64,000 bases of DNA from Mobula hypostoma (taxonomy: Eukaryota). This document shows, piece by piece, positions 50,165 through 62,479 of the stretch. The notes below the pieces were generated by a model. That model saw nothing but the letters and a program-made list of their open reading frames with translations. It ran no database searches and was not told the origin of the DNA. The stretch covers positions 62,312,001 through 62,376,000 of the forward strand of contig NC_086108.1 of assembly GCF_963921235.1 (NCBI RefSeq), read 5' to 3'. How positions within the stretch are numbered: the first letter of the stretch is position 1; the number at the start of each line of letters is the position of its first letter. The translations under genes were made by a program, and so were the position numbers.

Positions 50165-51138
50165 AGCTGTTTACACTGCTAACACATGCCTGTGCAGCCA
50201 GATTCAAGGAGAACCTGATCATTAAATTTGCAGATGATACCACAGTGGTGGGGCTCATCAGCAAAAATGATGAAACTATGTACAGGGAGGAGGTCAAACA
50301 CCTAGAGAGCTGGTGCAGGGATAACAACTTGATGCTTAATGTCACCAAAACCAAGGAGATGATTGTCGATTTCAGACGGTCTCAGCCTGAGCACACCCCT
50401 CAGCATCAGCGACTCCACAGTGGAGAGAGTGGAAAACATCAGGTTCCTTGGGGTGCAGATCTCGGACAATCTCACCTGGTCCAGGAACACCACTGGGATT
50501 GTGAAACGGCCCCAGCAGAGATTGCACTTTCTGAGGAAGCTTAAACAAGCATCACTCCCCACTAACATCTTAACTACATTCTACAGAGGCGTGGTTGAGA
50601 GTGTGCTGACCTTTTGCATCACAACCTGGTACTCCAGCTGCAGTGCTGTCGACAAAAAAGCCTTGCAGAGGGTGGTTAGGGGAGCAGAGAAGATTATTGG
50701 GGTCTCCCTACCTTCTGCCCAAGACCTCTTTCAGAGTTGATGCCTCCAGAAGACACAGTACATCATTAAAGACCCCTCACACCCTCTCCATGAACTGTTT
50801 GTTCTTCTGCCATCAGACAAACGTTACAGGAGCATCAAAACTAAAACCACAAGGCTACTAAACAGCTTCCTCCCACAGGCAGTCAGACTGCTAAATAGCT
50901 GCTCCACCTGACTCTGCTTTGGACACTTTTAACTTGCACTGGACACTATAACTGATTTTAACTGACATGTGGCTGTTGTGTTTTACTATTTATTGTTATG
51001 TTTATTATTTAGTGTTGCGATTGTTATGTTATGATTGCACTGCCCCTGAGAAATGCTGTCTCATTCTGCCCTGCAGAGCTGATGTATGGTTAGAATGACA
51101 ATAAAGTTTTCTCAATCTTTGAATCTTGAATCTTGAAT
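50165..51138 (+). mobile_element. Rex1/Babar LINE 3' fragment with (AATCTTG)n tail
   Basis: KFADDTTVVGLIS, WCRDNNLMLNVTKTKEMIVDFRR, QQRLHFLRKLKQ, FYRGVVESVLT. Confidence 0.92.
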
Positions 51139-53287
51139 AGTACTTGCTGGCCAGATTTTTTGTTACAGCTCTCATTTTTTATCCATTAAATATACTAGCT
51201 ATAAAATATGAAGTAAAGTTGAAAAAATTCTGAGCGTGTGCTCATGGCATGCAGCAGAATGCTTCAATATTTACTTCTTGATGAGCTGACTCTAGGATTG
51301 AGATTTCTCTTCCCATTTTCAGTCATCTTTCAGGATCTAGAGTGTCTTGCATTCACTTTAGTTCTGTGAATTCTGTGCTAGATCTTCTTTGGATGGTGTA
51401 GGTGATGCTTGGTGGGACAGATAGGTGGTTTGTTTTGAATGTTGTATGCACTTTCCACTCTTTATGCTTGACATCTACTTGAAGAGTTCCGAGATGCTTA
51501 TTCATTTCCCAGATGTTCTTCTGCCAGTAGAAGTAGCCTTGGCCAGGGATTCCCATGCATTTACGTGGATGCTAGTCTTCCTGAAAATCTCTTGCAGTGC
51601 TAGGGTAGGGAAGAATAGGTTTTGGGAATCTGGTATAGGGTGTTGGATGATGTTGCACACGCCCATGAACACTGGTTAAGAATAATCAGAGCTTTGATAC
51701 CAGGGTGTTGGTCTGGCACAGAAATCTGACATTAGGTTGCCAATCTTGTCACAGGTATGCAGGATCTTATGAAGACATCATTGCTGCTGCTTCTCCAGAG
51801 CTTGGAGGTGGGTAGTATAAAGTAAAATAAGGACTACTACTACTGCTTGGGAGATCACACGGTTTAAATCTCACACTTCAAACATTCTTTTTCCCAGGTG
51901 ATCGAAGGGTATTCCAGGGTACTGGAGGCAGTGGTAGACTTCATCCTTGATGTCTATCCTCCCTGAGAAACAACTTCCAAGAAATAGAAAGTGATTCACA
52001 TTACCAAGGGTAGGTGGTACTGTAGGTTTGTGGAAGAACTTTGGCTTCCAAAGTTGTAAAGCCCAACTCTTTGTATGGTTCAGTGAAGAAATCAGTGATT
52101 CTTTGAAGTGCGACCTCCATCTGACAGCTGTATGCTTTAAGTTTATATGTAATTAAACTTATACAACATTCCTAAAGACTGGAGGTTAACTTTCCTGTGC
52201 CATGCGAAGATATTGCTGTACTTGTTGGATACTGCAGTCTTGAGGTGCTCTGATCCATTTCTTCCATGCAGCAGAAGACAGACTAGAATACAGTATAGCT
52301 TAATGCGAAACAGTCTACCGATGAAAGAAATGATTGATTTATATACATTGTATAAGAATAAGGAAAAATGTTTGAAGAAATTCAGGCTGCTTGTGGAAGG
52401 TTATTGTGCAATGGTGGAAATGTGAAATTGAGGTTACAAACTGATTAGCTCTGATGTTCTTGAATGAAGGTCAAGTAGCCTATTTCTGCCCCTAGTTTAT
52501 GTGTTTGCATGTTTGTTACTCCAAGAGTAACACAATGTTCTCTGCACAATTATTTTAATCACCTTTAGCCTTTAAGAATATGGTTCTTTCTCACAAAATA
52601 CATTAGTCTTTGATGAACCACATTTTGTGTTGAATTAGTAATATCTTAACCTGTGTCATACTGTATATTTACATTAAAATAGACCAGATGACATACCTAC
52701 TAAAATTGTTGTTCATATATTATGCTAATTTGGTAAAATGTTGCACAGTGCAGACTTTATCAAAGGAGTTTGCACCTACTTAAATTATTAAGTGGAAATG
52801 ATGATGGTGCTTTGCTACTAAGTATGATGAAAATACAATTAAATGGAAAACGTTGGTTTTGCTTTTTGTATATTATAAATTGGAATTTTAAGACAGATAA
52901 GATGCAGTTGAATGGAACTGATAACTGAAATGATTTGATTTTTCCCATTTTTCATAATGAAACCAAATGGAACAGCACAGACAAGGTATCAAAAATACAG
53001 CTGTATAAAGTAGCTGGAGTTCAAGTACATAAAGCCTGAGATTACCCCACAGAATTCTAATTGACACGTAATTAATGCAGTTGTTGGAAATTACTCTCTT
53101 CAACATGTCAGCAAAGGTACTATCCTATTTATTTTAAATGCCTTGGCACGTCCAGAATAGAACATACTGTAGAACAGTACAGCACAGTACAGGCTGTTGG
53201 TTTTAGCCCATGATGTTGTGCTGATCTTTTAACCTTCTTTGAGATCAATCTAACCATTCCCTCTCACATAGCCCTCTATTTTCATTT

Positions 53288-53575
53288 TGTAGCGCTGTGC
53301 TACACACAGCGCTAGAATAACCACACGGAGTCGGTGAGTTGGAGTTGGGATGAAAGAGATTTATTCAAACTTCACGGCCTGCTTTAAAGCCTTCCCGTTC
53401 CCGCCCTCCCTGGGGCGGGACTGCTGTGGGGAATGCATATTCCCAGACCCTTTCCGAGCGCGGGATTTTCCCCCTGCTGGTGAAGATGGCCTGGCGCCCT
53501 TTTTGGGGCTGGCCCTCTGCCTGCGCGCGCTGTTTCGTGAGCCGGTTCGTGTGTGCTAGAAAGTGGGTCGCCACA
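53288..53575 (-). repeat. 3' LTR (288 bp)
   Basis: Direct repeat of 57325-57609. Minus-strand TTTAAA and AATAAA motifs. Preceded by the PPT GGGGGGGCGG at 53579-53588. Confidence 0.97.
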
Positions 53576-53579
53576 TAAC

Positions 53580-56500
53580 CGCCCCCCCAGGACCGGCGAT
53601 ACCTCCCCCAATGTCCACAGTCTGGATCGGCCTCTGTTTGGGAGGTCTGCCCCTGCGCCGCGGTGCCTGAGCCTGGACCGGCTGCGCCAAGTCCACATGG
53701 GCTGGTTTGAGTCGGTCCACCATGAAAACTTCCTCTCTCCCCCAAATGTCCAGCACGAACGTGGACCCACTGATCACCTTAAATGGCCCCTCGTAGGGCC
53801 GCTGTAGCGGTGCCCAGTGTCCGCCCCGTCGTACAAAAGAAACTTACAGTTCTGCAGGTCTTTGGGTACGCAGGTCGGGCTCTGTCCGTGCTGTGAAGTG
53901 GGTATGGGAGCCAGGTTACCAAACCTCTCCCATAGTCTGTCCAGGACTGCTGTGAGTTCTTCCTCTTGCCCCCTTGGGGCTGGTATGAACTCTCCTGGGA
54001 CTACCAGGGGTGCGCCGTACACCAACTCGGCCGACGAGGTATGCAGATCTTCCTTGGGCACCGTGCGGATTCTGAGCAGGACCCAGGGAAGCTCGTCCAC
54101 CCAGTTAGGCCCTTCCAGGCAGGCCATGAGAGCCGACTTCAGGTGACGGTGGAAACGCTCCACTAGTCCGTTCGACTGTGAGTGGTAGGCAGTTGTGTGG
54201 TGTAGCTACGATCCTAAAAGGCTGGCCATAGCCGACCACAGGCTGGAGGTGAACTGGGCGCCCCTGTCAGAGGTAATGTGGGCTGGTACCCCGAAGCGGG
54301 CTACCCAGGTTGCGATCAGTGCTCGGGCGCAGGATTTGGAGGTGGTGTCGGTGAGTGGGACTGCCTCTGGCCATCTGGTGAACCGGTCTATCATAGTTAG
54401 GAGGTACCGCGCTCCTCGTGACACTGGCAGGGGCCCCACGATATCCACATGGATGTGGTCGAACCTCCGGCGGGTGGGTTCGAACTGCTGCGGCGGAGCC
54501 TTGGTGTGCCGCTGCACCTTGGCCGTTTGGCACTGCATGCACGTTTTGGCCCATTCACTGACCTGTTTACGCAGCCCATCCCACACGAACCTGTTGGCGA
54601 CCAACCGGACGGTTGTCCTGATGGAGGGGTGCGCTAAGTTGTGAATGGAGTTGAAAACCCGCTGGCGCCAGGCTGCTGGGACGACGGGGCGGGGTTAGCC
54701 GGTAGCTACATCACATAGTAGGGTCCTCTCACCTGGGCCTATGGGGAGGTCTTGGAGCTGCAAACCGGAGACTGCAGTCCTGTAACTGGGGATCTCAGTG
54801 TCTGCCTGCTGTGCCTCTGCCAACGCTGCATAGTCCACCCCCTGGGACAGGGTCTGTATGGTAGGTCTGGAAAGTGCGTCCGCCACGACGTTGTCCTTTC
54901 CCGAGACATGCCGGATGTCCGTCGTGTACCCGGAGATGTAGGACAGATGTCGCTGCTGGCGGGACAACCAGGGGTCGGACACCTTTGTGAACGCAAAGGT
55001 AAGCGGTTTGTGGTCCGTGAACGCGGTGAACGGCCTACCTTCTAAGAAGTACCTGAAATGTCGGATTGCCAGGTATAGTGCCAATAGCTCCCGGTCGAAA
55101 GCAGTATATTTGAGTTCGGGTGGTCATAGGTGTTGGCTGAAGAACGAGGTGTTCGATGAGTTGTTCCAGCACTCCACCGACTGCTGTGTTGGATGCGTCC
55201 ACCATGAGGGCAGTAGGGACGTCCGTTCAGGGGTGCACTAGCATCGCGGCATTTGCCAAGGCTTCTTTGGTTTTAACGAAAGCGGCTGCGGCCTCTTCGT
55301 CCCAGGTAATGTCCTTGCCCTTACCCGACATCAGAGTGAACAGGGGGCACATGGTTCGGGCTGCTGAGGGGAGGAAACGGTGGTAGAAATTCACCATACC
55401 CACGAATTCCTGCAGGCCTTTGATTGTGTTGGGTCGGGGGAAGTGGCGGACCGCGTCTACCTTGGCGGGCAGAGGGGTTGCCCTGTCTTTAGTAATCCTG
55501 TGGCCCAGGAAGTCGATGGTGTCGAGTCCGAACTGGAATTTGGCCGGGTTGATTGTAAGGCCGAATTCACTCAGGCAGGAGTAGAGCTGGCGGAGGTGGG
55601 ACAGATGCTCTTGACGACTACTGCTGGCTATGAGGATGTCATCCAAATAGATGAATGCAAAGTCCAGGTCGCGTCCCACCGCGTCCATTAGCCGCTGGAA
55701 CGTCTGTGCGGCATTCTTTAGACGAAACGGCATTCGGAGGAAAAGTCCGAACGGGGTGATAAGTGCTGTTTTGGGGATGTTGTCCAGATGTACCGGGATT
55801 TGATGGTATCCCCGGACGAGGTCTACCTTGGAAAAGATCCTTGCACCGTGTAGGTTTGCTGCAAAGTCTTTAATGTGTGGCACAGGGTAGCGGTCTGGCG
55901 TTGTAGCCTCGTTCAGTCTGCGGTAGTCACCGCATGGTCTCCAGCCCCCCGTTGCCTTGGGCACCATGTGCAGGGGGGAGGCCCATGGGCTGTCGGACCG
56001 TCGTATGATCCCTAATTCCTCCATCTTTTTGAACTCCTCCTTCACCAGTCGGAGCTTGTCCGGGGGAAGCCTTCGAGCACGGGCGTGGAGGGGTGGTCCC
56101 TGGGTCAAGATGTGGTGCTGTAGTCCGTGTCTGGGCATGGCTGCCGTGAACTGCGGTGTCAGTACTGATGGGAAATCTGCCAGGACCCTGGTGAATTCAT
56201 CGCTGGACAGCGTGATGGAGTCCAGGTGTGGGGCTGGCAACTGTGCTTCACCCAGGGAGAATGTTTGAAAAGTCTTGGCGTGGACTAATCGCTTCCCTTG
56301 CAGGTCGACCAGCAGGCTGTGGGCTCGCAGAAAATCCGCACCCAGGAGTGGTTGGGCCACGGCGGCCATTGTGAAGTCCCACGTGAACCGGCTGGAGCTG
56401 AACTGTAGCCGCACCGTGAGGGTGCCGTAGGTTCGTATTGTGCTGCCATTAGCGGCCCTCAGGGTGGGTCCCGGTTTTCTGTTGCGGGTATCGTAACTCG

Positions 56501-57284
56501 TTGGAGGTAAGACGCTGATCTCCGCTCCGGTGTCGACCAAAAAGCGGCGTCTCGACTGCTTGTCCCAGACGTACAGGAGGCTGTCCTGATGGCCAGCCGT
56601 CGTAGCGATCGGCAGCGGCTGGGCCTTGGCGTTTCCCAGGAATTTGCAGGGTGGTCTACAGCGGCGGGCCTCTGTGCCCCACCGCTGGTGGTAGAAGCAC
56701 CATTGTTCGTTAGGCTCTGCTGCCGGGCCTGGTCTGGTCTGTCGTTAGGCACGCGGCTTGCTGATCTGTGCGACGGATGCCCCTCTCTCCTTCTTGGCAT
56801 TCCACGGCACATCTGCTCGGGCCGCCACCTCCCGGGGGTCGCTGAAATCTGTGTCAGACAGCAGCAGGTATATGTCCTCGGGCAGTTGCTCTAGGAACGC
56901 CTGCTCAAACATGAGGCAGGGTTTGTGTCCTTCAGCCAGGGCCAGCATCTCGTTCATTAATGCCGATGGCGGCCTGTCTCCCAAACCCTCCAGGTTCATT
57001 AAGCGGCGTGCTCACTCGCACCATGAGAGTCCGAAAGTCCTTATGAGCAGGGCTTTGAATGCTGTGTATTTGCCGTTCTCCGGGGGCGACCGTATAAACT
57101 CCTCAGCTTGTGCAGCAGTCTCTTGATCGAGGGAGCTCAGCACATAGTAGTAGCGAGTGGACTCCGAGGTTATCTGCCGAATGTGGAATTGTGCTTCTGC
57201 CTGTTCAAACCACAGACGGGGTTTCAGTGGCCAAAAGCCTGGCAGTTGTAACGAAACTGCGTGAACAGATGCGGCATCGGTCAT
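53580..57284 (-). pseudogene. Disrupted gag-pol of the CsRn1-clade element
   Basis: ATG at 57284 (MTDAASVHAVSLQLPGFWP). A 437-aa PR-RT segment spans 55227-56540. Stops, frameshifts and a small deletion in RNase H near 55145 disrupt the frame. Confidence 0.93.
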
Positions 57285-57308
57285 CTCTGGCCCAAATATC
57301 GTTTGGGC

Positions 57309-57322
57309 CGTCGGGATCACCA
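57309..57322 (-). promoter_or_regulatory. Primer-binding site, tRNA-Trp
   Basis: TGGTGATCCCGACG matches 13 of the first 14 nt of the tRNA-Trp PBS TGGTGACCCCGACGTGAT and lies 2 nt from the LTR. Confidence 0.85.
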
Positions 57323-57324
57323 AA

Positions 57325-57609
57325 TGTAGTGGTGTGCTACACAGCGCTAGAATAACCACACGGAGTCGGTGAGTTGGAGTTGCGATAAAGAGATTTATTC
57401 AAACTTCGCGGCCTGCTTTAAAGCCTTCCCGTTCCCGCCCTCCCTGGGGCGGGACTGCTGTGGGGAATGCATATTCCCAGACCCTTTCCGAGTGCGGGAT
57501 TCTCCCCCTGCTGGTGAAGATGGCCTGGCACCATTTTTGGGGCCGGCCCTCTGCCTGCGCGCGCTGTTTTGTGAGCCGGTTCATGTGTGCTAGAAAGTGG
57601 GTCGCCACA
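57325..57609 (-). repeat. 5' LTR (285 bp)
   Basis: Direct repeat of 53288-53575, followed on the minus strand by the PBS. Confidence 0.97.
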
Positions 57610-60600
57610 ATTTCATCCATGTGCCTATCTCTCTTAAATGTCCCTAATTTATCTACCTCTACCACCATCCCTGACAATGTGTTCCATGCACCTAACATGC
57701 CCCATATACATCCCCTCTTCAATTATGCCTCCGCTTATTAGCATTCTTGCTCTTGGGAAAATTCTCTGACTGTCCACTCTATGCCTCATTATCTTATACA
57801 CCTCTATTAAGTCACCTCTTATCTTCCTTTGCTCTAAAGAAAAAGCCTTAGCTCACTTAACTTATCCTCATAAGACATACTCTCAAATCCAGACAGCACC
57901 CTGGTAAATCTCCTCTGCACGCTCTCTAAAGCTTCCACGTCCTTCCTATAATGAGACGACCAGAATTGAACACAATGCTCCAAGTGTGATCTAACTAGAA
58001 GTTGATAGAGCTGTAACATTACCCTGAAGTTCTTGAATGAGGCCAATACACCATGCACCTTCATAAAAATCCTATCACTTGGCGTGGCAACTTTGATGCA
58101 TCTAAGGACGTGGACTCCAAGGTCCCTCTCTGTTCCTCCACATTGCTACGAATCTTGTCATTAACTCTGTTGTTCTGTTTTCTGAAATATATCACTTCAT
58201 ACTTTTCTGGGCTGAATTTCATCTGCCACTTTTCAGCCCAGCTCTATATCTTATTATTCCTTTGTAACCTACAGTAAACTTCTACATTATCTATAACACC
58301 ACCAACTTGTCATCTTGTCATCTGTAAACTTACTAACCTACCCTTTCACTTTCTTGTTCAAGTCATTTATAAAAGTCACAAAGACCAGGGGACCCAGAAG
58401 ATAACCCTGCAGAACACAACTGGTCACCAACCTCTAGGCAGAATATGCTCCGTCTCCTATCATCCTCTGTCTTGTGGAGACAAGCCAATTCTGAATCCAC
58501 ATCGCCAACTTTCCTAAATCCCATGCCTCCTGACTTTCAGAATGCGCCTTCCATGAGGAACCTTGTCAAACACCCGACTAAAATCCAGATATACCACATC
58601 CTCTGCTCTACCGTTATCAATTTGTTTTCTCACTTCTCAAAGAATTCAATCAAACTTGTGATTGATTCTATTATGGTTATTAGATTTTTTGAGTATGCCC
58701 ACAAGAAAATACATCTCAAGGTTGTAAATGGCGACATTTATGTACTTTGATGATAAATTTACTCTGAACTTTGAGGCATGGCCATCCCCTCACAGAGCCA
58801 TGCAACCTTTCCATAATCAGATTGTGCTTCTCCAAATGCTCGTAAATCCTTTCTCTAAGAAACCTCTCCAATAATTTGCCCACTACTGATCTAGAATAAC
58901 AGAGAATTCCAGATGGTGATGTTAAGAGTTAAGACATGACCAAGCTGAAAAAGAATTTAAGTTGAATAAATTTCAGTCTATAAGAACTAAGACTCTGTCA
59001 TATGAGACTCCTCAATGGTCTGGTTACTGCATATTATGGACTATATTAGACAGGCTTCAAGAATTGTACTTATGATATACATCTAGCATTGTAAAATATT
59101 CTGAGATCTGTGTAATGCTCTGCCACAGACTGCAGTGGAGGGCACGTCCATTGGTATATGTAAAGTGCAACTAAACAGTTTCCTGATTGGTCAGGGCATC
59201 AAAGGATATGGCGAGAAGGGAAGTGTATGGGATTGAGTGGGATCCAGGATCAGCCATGATGGAATGGCAGAGCAGACTCAATGGGCTGAATGGCCTAATT
59301 CTGTCCTATGTCTTATGGTCTTATGGTCTTATCTTTCATAGGAGTATTATTAAACCAAAGAAGTCAAGTCATATCAAGGGATATTTGAACAAAGAACCAA
59401 CAGCTTGATCAAGGAGCATTTTGGAGGTGGGGGGAAGCGTATAATTCTTGTGTGTTAAACCATTGAGCAGTGGTAGACCAATGCATCGGGCATGAAAATT
59501 TTTGCAGATAAAAATCATTGAAGATGTGGAATGCTACCTGGTGACTCTTGCTTGAATGTGTGAAAGTCAATTAAAACAATGCCTTCCATACACAATGCAA
59601 GAGGAAAGTAGTGAAAAACAGTTGGCCACTGTGGCGCTGAGTTCAGCAGAACACACACCTTCAGAGTAAGAGGGAACACTTGATGAGGAAAGATTAAGCA
59701 TTAATCATCCAAAGAATTATAGTAAAATCTATAACACCTACACCCACCCTCCCTACATTATGTTTAAGCAATGAAATATATGTAAAATCTTTGTGGTAAA
59801 CTTTGATATTAGGTTATACAAAGCCTATTTCTTTCATGCTAGCTGTGCAAGTTTCAATCTGACCTGGAGTATATCACATTAGCAATTGTGCCCATTATGA
59901 AATTTGGCAGGTTCCCTCTGGTCATAATCTAAGCTAAAGTGCACACTGGATGCTTCAACAACACACAAGAAGCTCAACACCACTCAAGACACAGCAGCTG
60001 ACATGATTAGTACCCCATCCATATGCATTTACTCACGCTGCCACTGGCATGCATTGGCAGTAGTTTATATCATCTACAGGATGCCATGCAGCAACTCACC
60101 GTGACTCCTTGGACATTGCATTCCAAACCCACAATCTCCATCAGTAAGGAGGACAAGAGCAGCAAAGGAACGGCAACATGGGAAGTTGTCCCCCAAACCA
60201 CCCAACTTGGACATATATCACTGTTCCTTCACCATTGCTGGAATATTATCCCAGAATGCCCTCCCTGACAGTATTGTTGGTGTAACCACTTTTGAAGGAC
60301 CGCAGTGGTTCAAGAAGGTGGCTCACCACACCTTCTCGGGGCAACGAGGGATAGGTGGTTAAAAGCTGGCTCAACCTTCAGAGTCCACATCCTTTAAATA
60401 AATAATAGTGGAAAAAAAAGCTATTCCTGACATCTTGCATGCACCCATTTCGGTCTTTCTTCACATAGCGCTCATGTTCAAACAGACATAACTTGGAATT
60501 CAAAGCAACAAACTATGAAAGTCTTTGAATAATTTCAGGAGAATTATCAGTACCTTGCAATAGTTTGCTGCATCTGGCTGGGTAATTTCAAAACTCAATG

Positions 60601-62479
60601 GAAGTGAAAACAAATTTTGTGTCATTGGCATTCGAGCCAATTTCTAGATAAATACACATCGGCTCACTACAGATGAATAACGATGATTTGCCAGAGTATT
60701 TTGGATTTGCTTCATCGCTGAGACATAATGGAGTGGGTGGAATTTTTATATTATGTTCAAGCACCTCTTCTGTGTGTGCTAGAACTAACAGGGAGTATTT
60801 TTTTTTCTCTCTGGTGGTTCAGCTGTGCAGGTACTCATTCGGTTGATGCTTCAGTGGTCACACTGCAGACAGAGCCTCATTACTGAAGGCCTCAGTGCAC
60901 TGTGTCCTCTGTAGAACTCAGGATATATTCCCAGAAACACCAGCATTAATGGTATAAATGAAGCAAAGAGTTATTATATCATTATATACAGAGGAACGAG
61001 CCACTGACACAACTCTCCGCTATTATGTCCTGCCGTGCATGGAAAATTAACAGTTCAGCCCTCTGTGGATGCTCCTGAAGCAATGAACTGGTTAAAGAGA
61101 ACACCTCTGCAAGGCTTGGTGTGGACAGAACCACTGAGGCAAGTTGCGGAGGCTGCCTATGAGAGTTGGTGGTTGGACAGGGTGGTGTGGACATAATGGG
61201 CACTCAGGGCACAGTAAGTCTGTTTTACTGCTGTGACCGGCCATGTGGATTGTGCCTTTAAGGGCTGATGCCCTTCCTGGATCGCCGTGTAGCAGCAGGT
61301 GTTCCCTGCTGAGTGTGGTACAGAACAGGCACTGTGCATTTTCTGTTCTAACATATTATTTTGTGTGTGAACTGTGCTTGCATTGTTTCAAATATCCTTT
61401 ATGACAATTTCAAAAAATTTGAGGGGATTTCAATTTGGCACTAGTAATAATCACAATGTTTTAAGGAACAAAAATAGGTGAAATACAATTTCTTGGCAAT
61501 AGAGTTCAATCTTACAAACACAAATGCCCTGTTTATCTTAGTAACTTGAATCCATGCCAGGCTGCTAGGTTAAGGCTAGATATCATCAATGTTTTGCTGG
61601 TTTACAGTGTAGGTTTATAATGGAGCACTGATGCAACACTGCACACAACGGTAGGTTCAGCAATTCTGTGGAATTTGTGTCAAAGAGCACACAATATCCA
61701 TTCATAGAAACAGGAATGTAAATAGAAGCCCATGTGATGTTGCCTTTCATCATTTTGGTATTAACATTGGCTGATCCTTCTATCTGTCCCCTCCTAGAGT
61801 GCTAGGTTTTATTCACTTGTCTGTTTGCTGTTTCTTTTCCTAAATTTTAATTCACTTTTTCCTCATCCAAGTGAATCTAAATACAATAGAAATGGAGTAA
61901 ATTTTGAATCCTGGAAACATGAAATAAAAAGGTGCTTGAACGCCATGGCAACACCCAATAGGGAGATGGAAATGTGGGTGGGACCTTTCATTCCATCAAC
62001 ACGGGCAGTGAGGACCTTGATCAGAAAGACTTTGTATTGAGTAAGACAAGACAGAAGGGTGCAAAGTACAATGGGAGTGGGTGATAGTTCCAAGCCAAAT
62101 ATACCCATTAGTTGTTTTCATTCAGATATGACTGCAATCTACAGTAGATTGTAAATAGACAGGTGTAAGAAAGAGATTTCAAGGGTGGAAATAGGAGAAA
62201 CTGACAGAAAACTAAGGACACAGTCTAGATCTGAGGTGGTTGAACTAAATTTCAGGATGGAAAAGACAGATACTATAAAAGATCAGCCATGTTCTAAATG
62301 AAGGGGAGACCAGGCACAAGGGCCTGAATGGCCTTCACTGCCTCACTTTCTTATGTTCTCAGGAGGAGCATTTCGGACAGCAGTAATTATGCCTCCATAA
62401 TGGGTTCGGAAAGAACTTAAACTTAAAATCAGGGGGCTTGAAGGGGCTGTGAAACGTCCTTGGTGAGTAGGATTAAAGT

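Larger units (their letters stand above)
53288..57609 (-). mobile_element. Two-LTR Ty3/Gypsy retrotransposon, CsRn1 clade
   Basis: LTRs at 53288-53575 and 57325-57609 (TG...CA, about 11 substitutions and 2 indels), 4-bp TSD ATTT, tRNA-Trp PBS and PPT. Gag has [18 protein letters not shown] (CX2HX9CX3C); PR VDTGA; RT YLDD; RNase H TDHKPL; IN HIHVDIVGPL/TSDRGAQF. Confidence 0.97.
53155..58885 (-). mobile_element. Old CR1 fragment (53155-53287 and 57610-58885) hosting the Gypsy element and a short Rex1 3' stub (about 58658-58773, +)
   Basis: CR1 tail at about 53155. MLQLYQLLVRSHLEHCVQFWSSHYRKDVEALESVQRRFTR in 57834-58064. Confidence 0.8.

Noticed and set aside
51340..52130. Possible very old Penelope-like remnant on the minus strand
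   Set aside because: Too degenerate to support without alignment.
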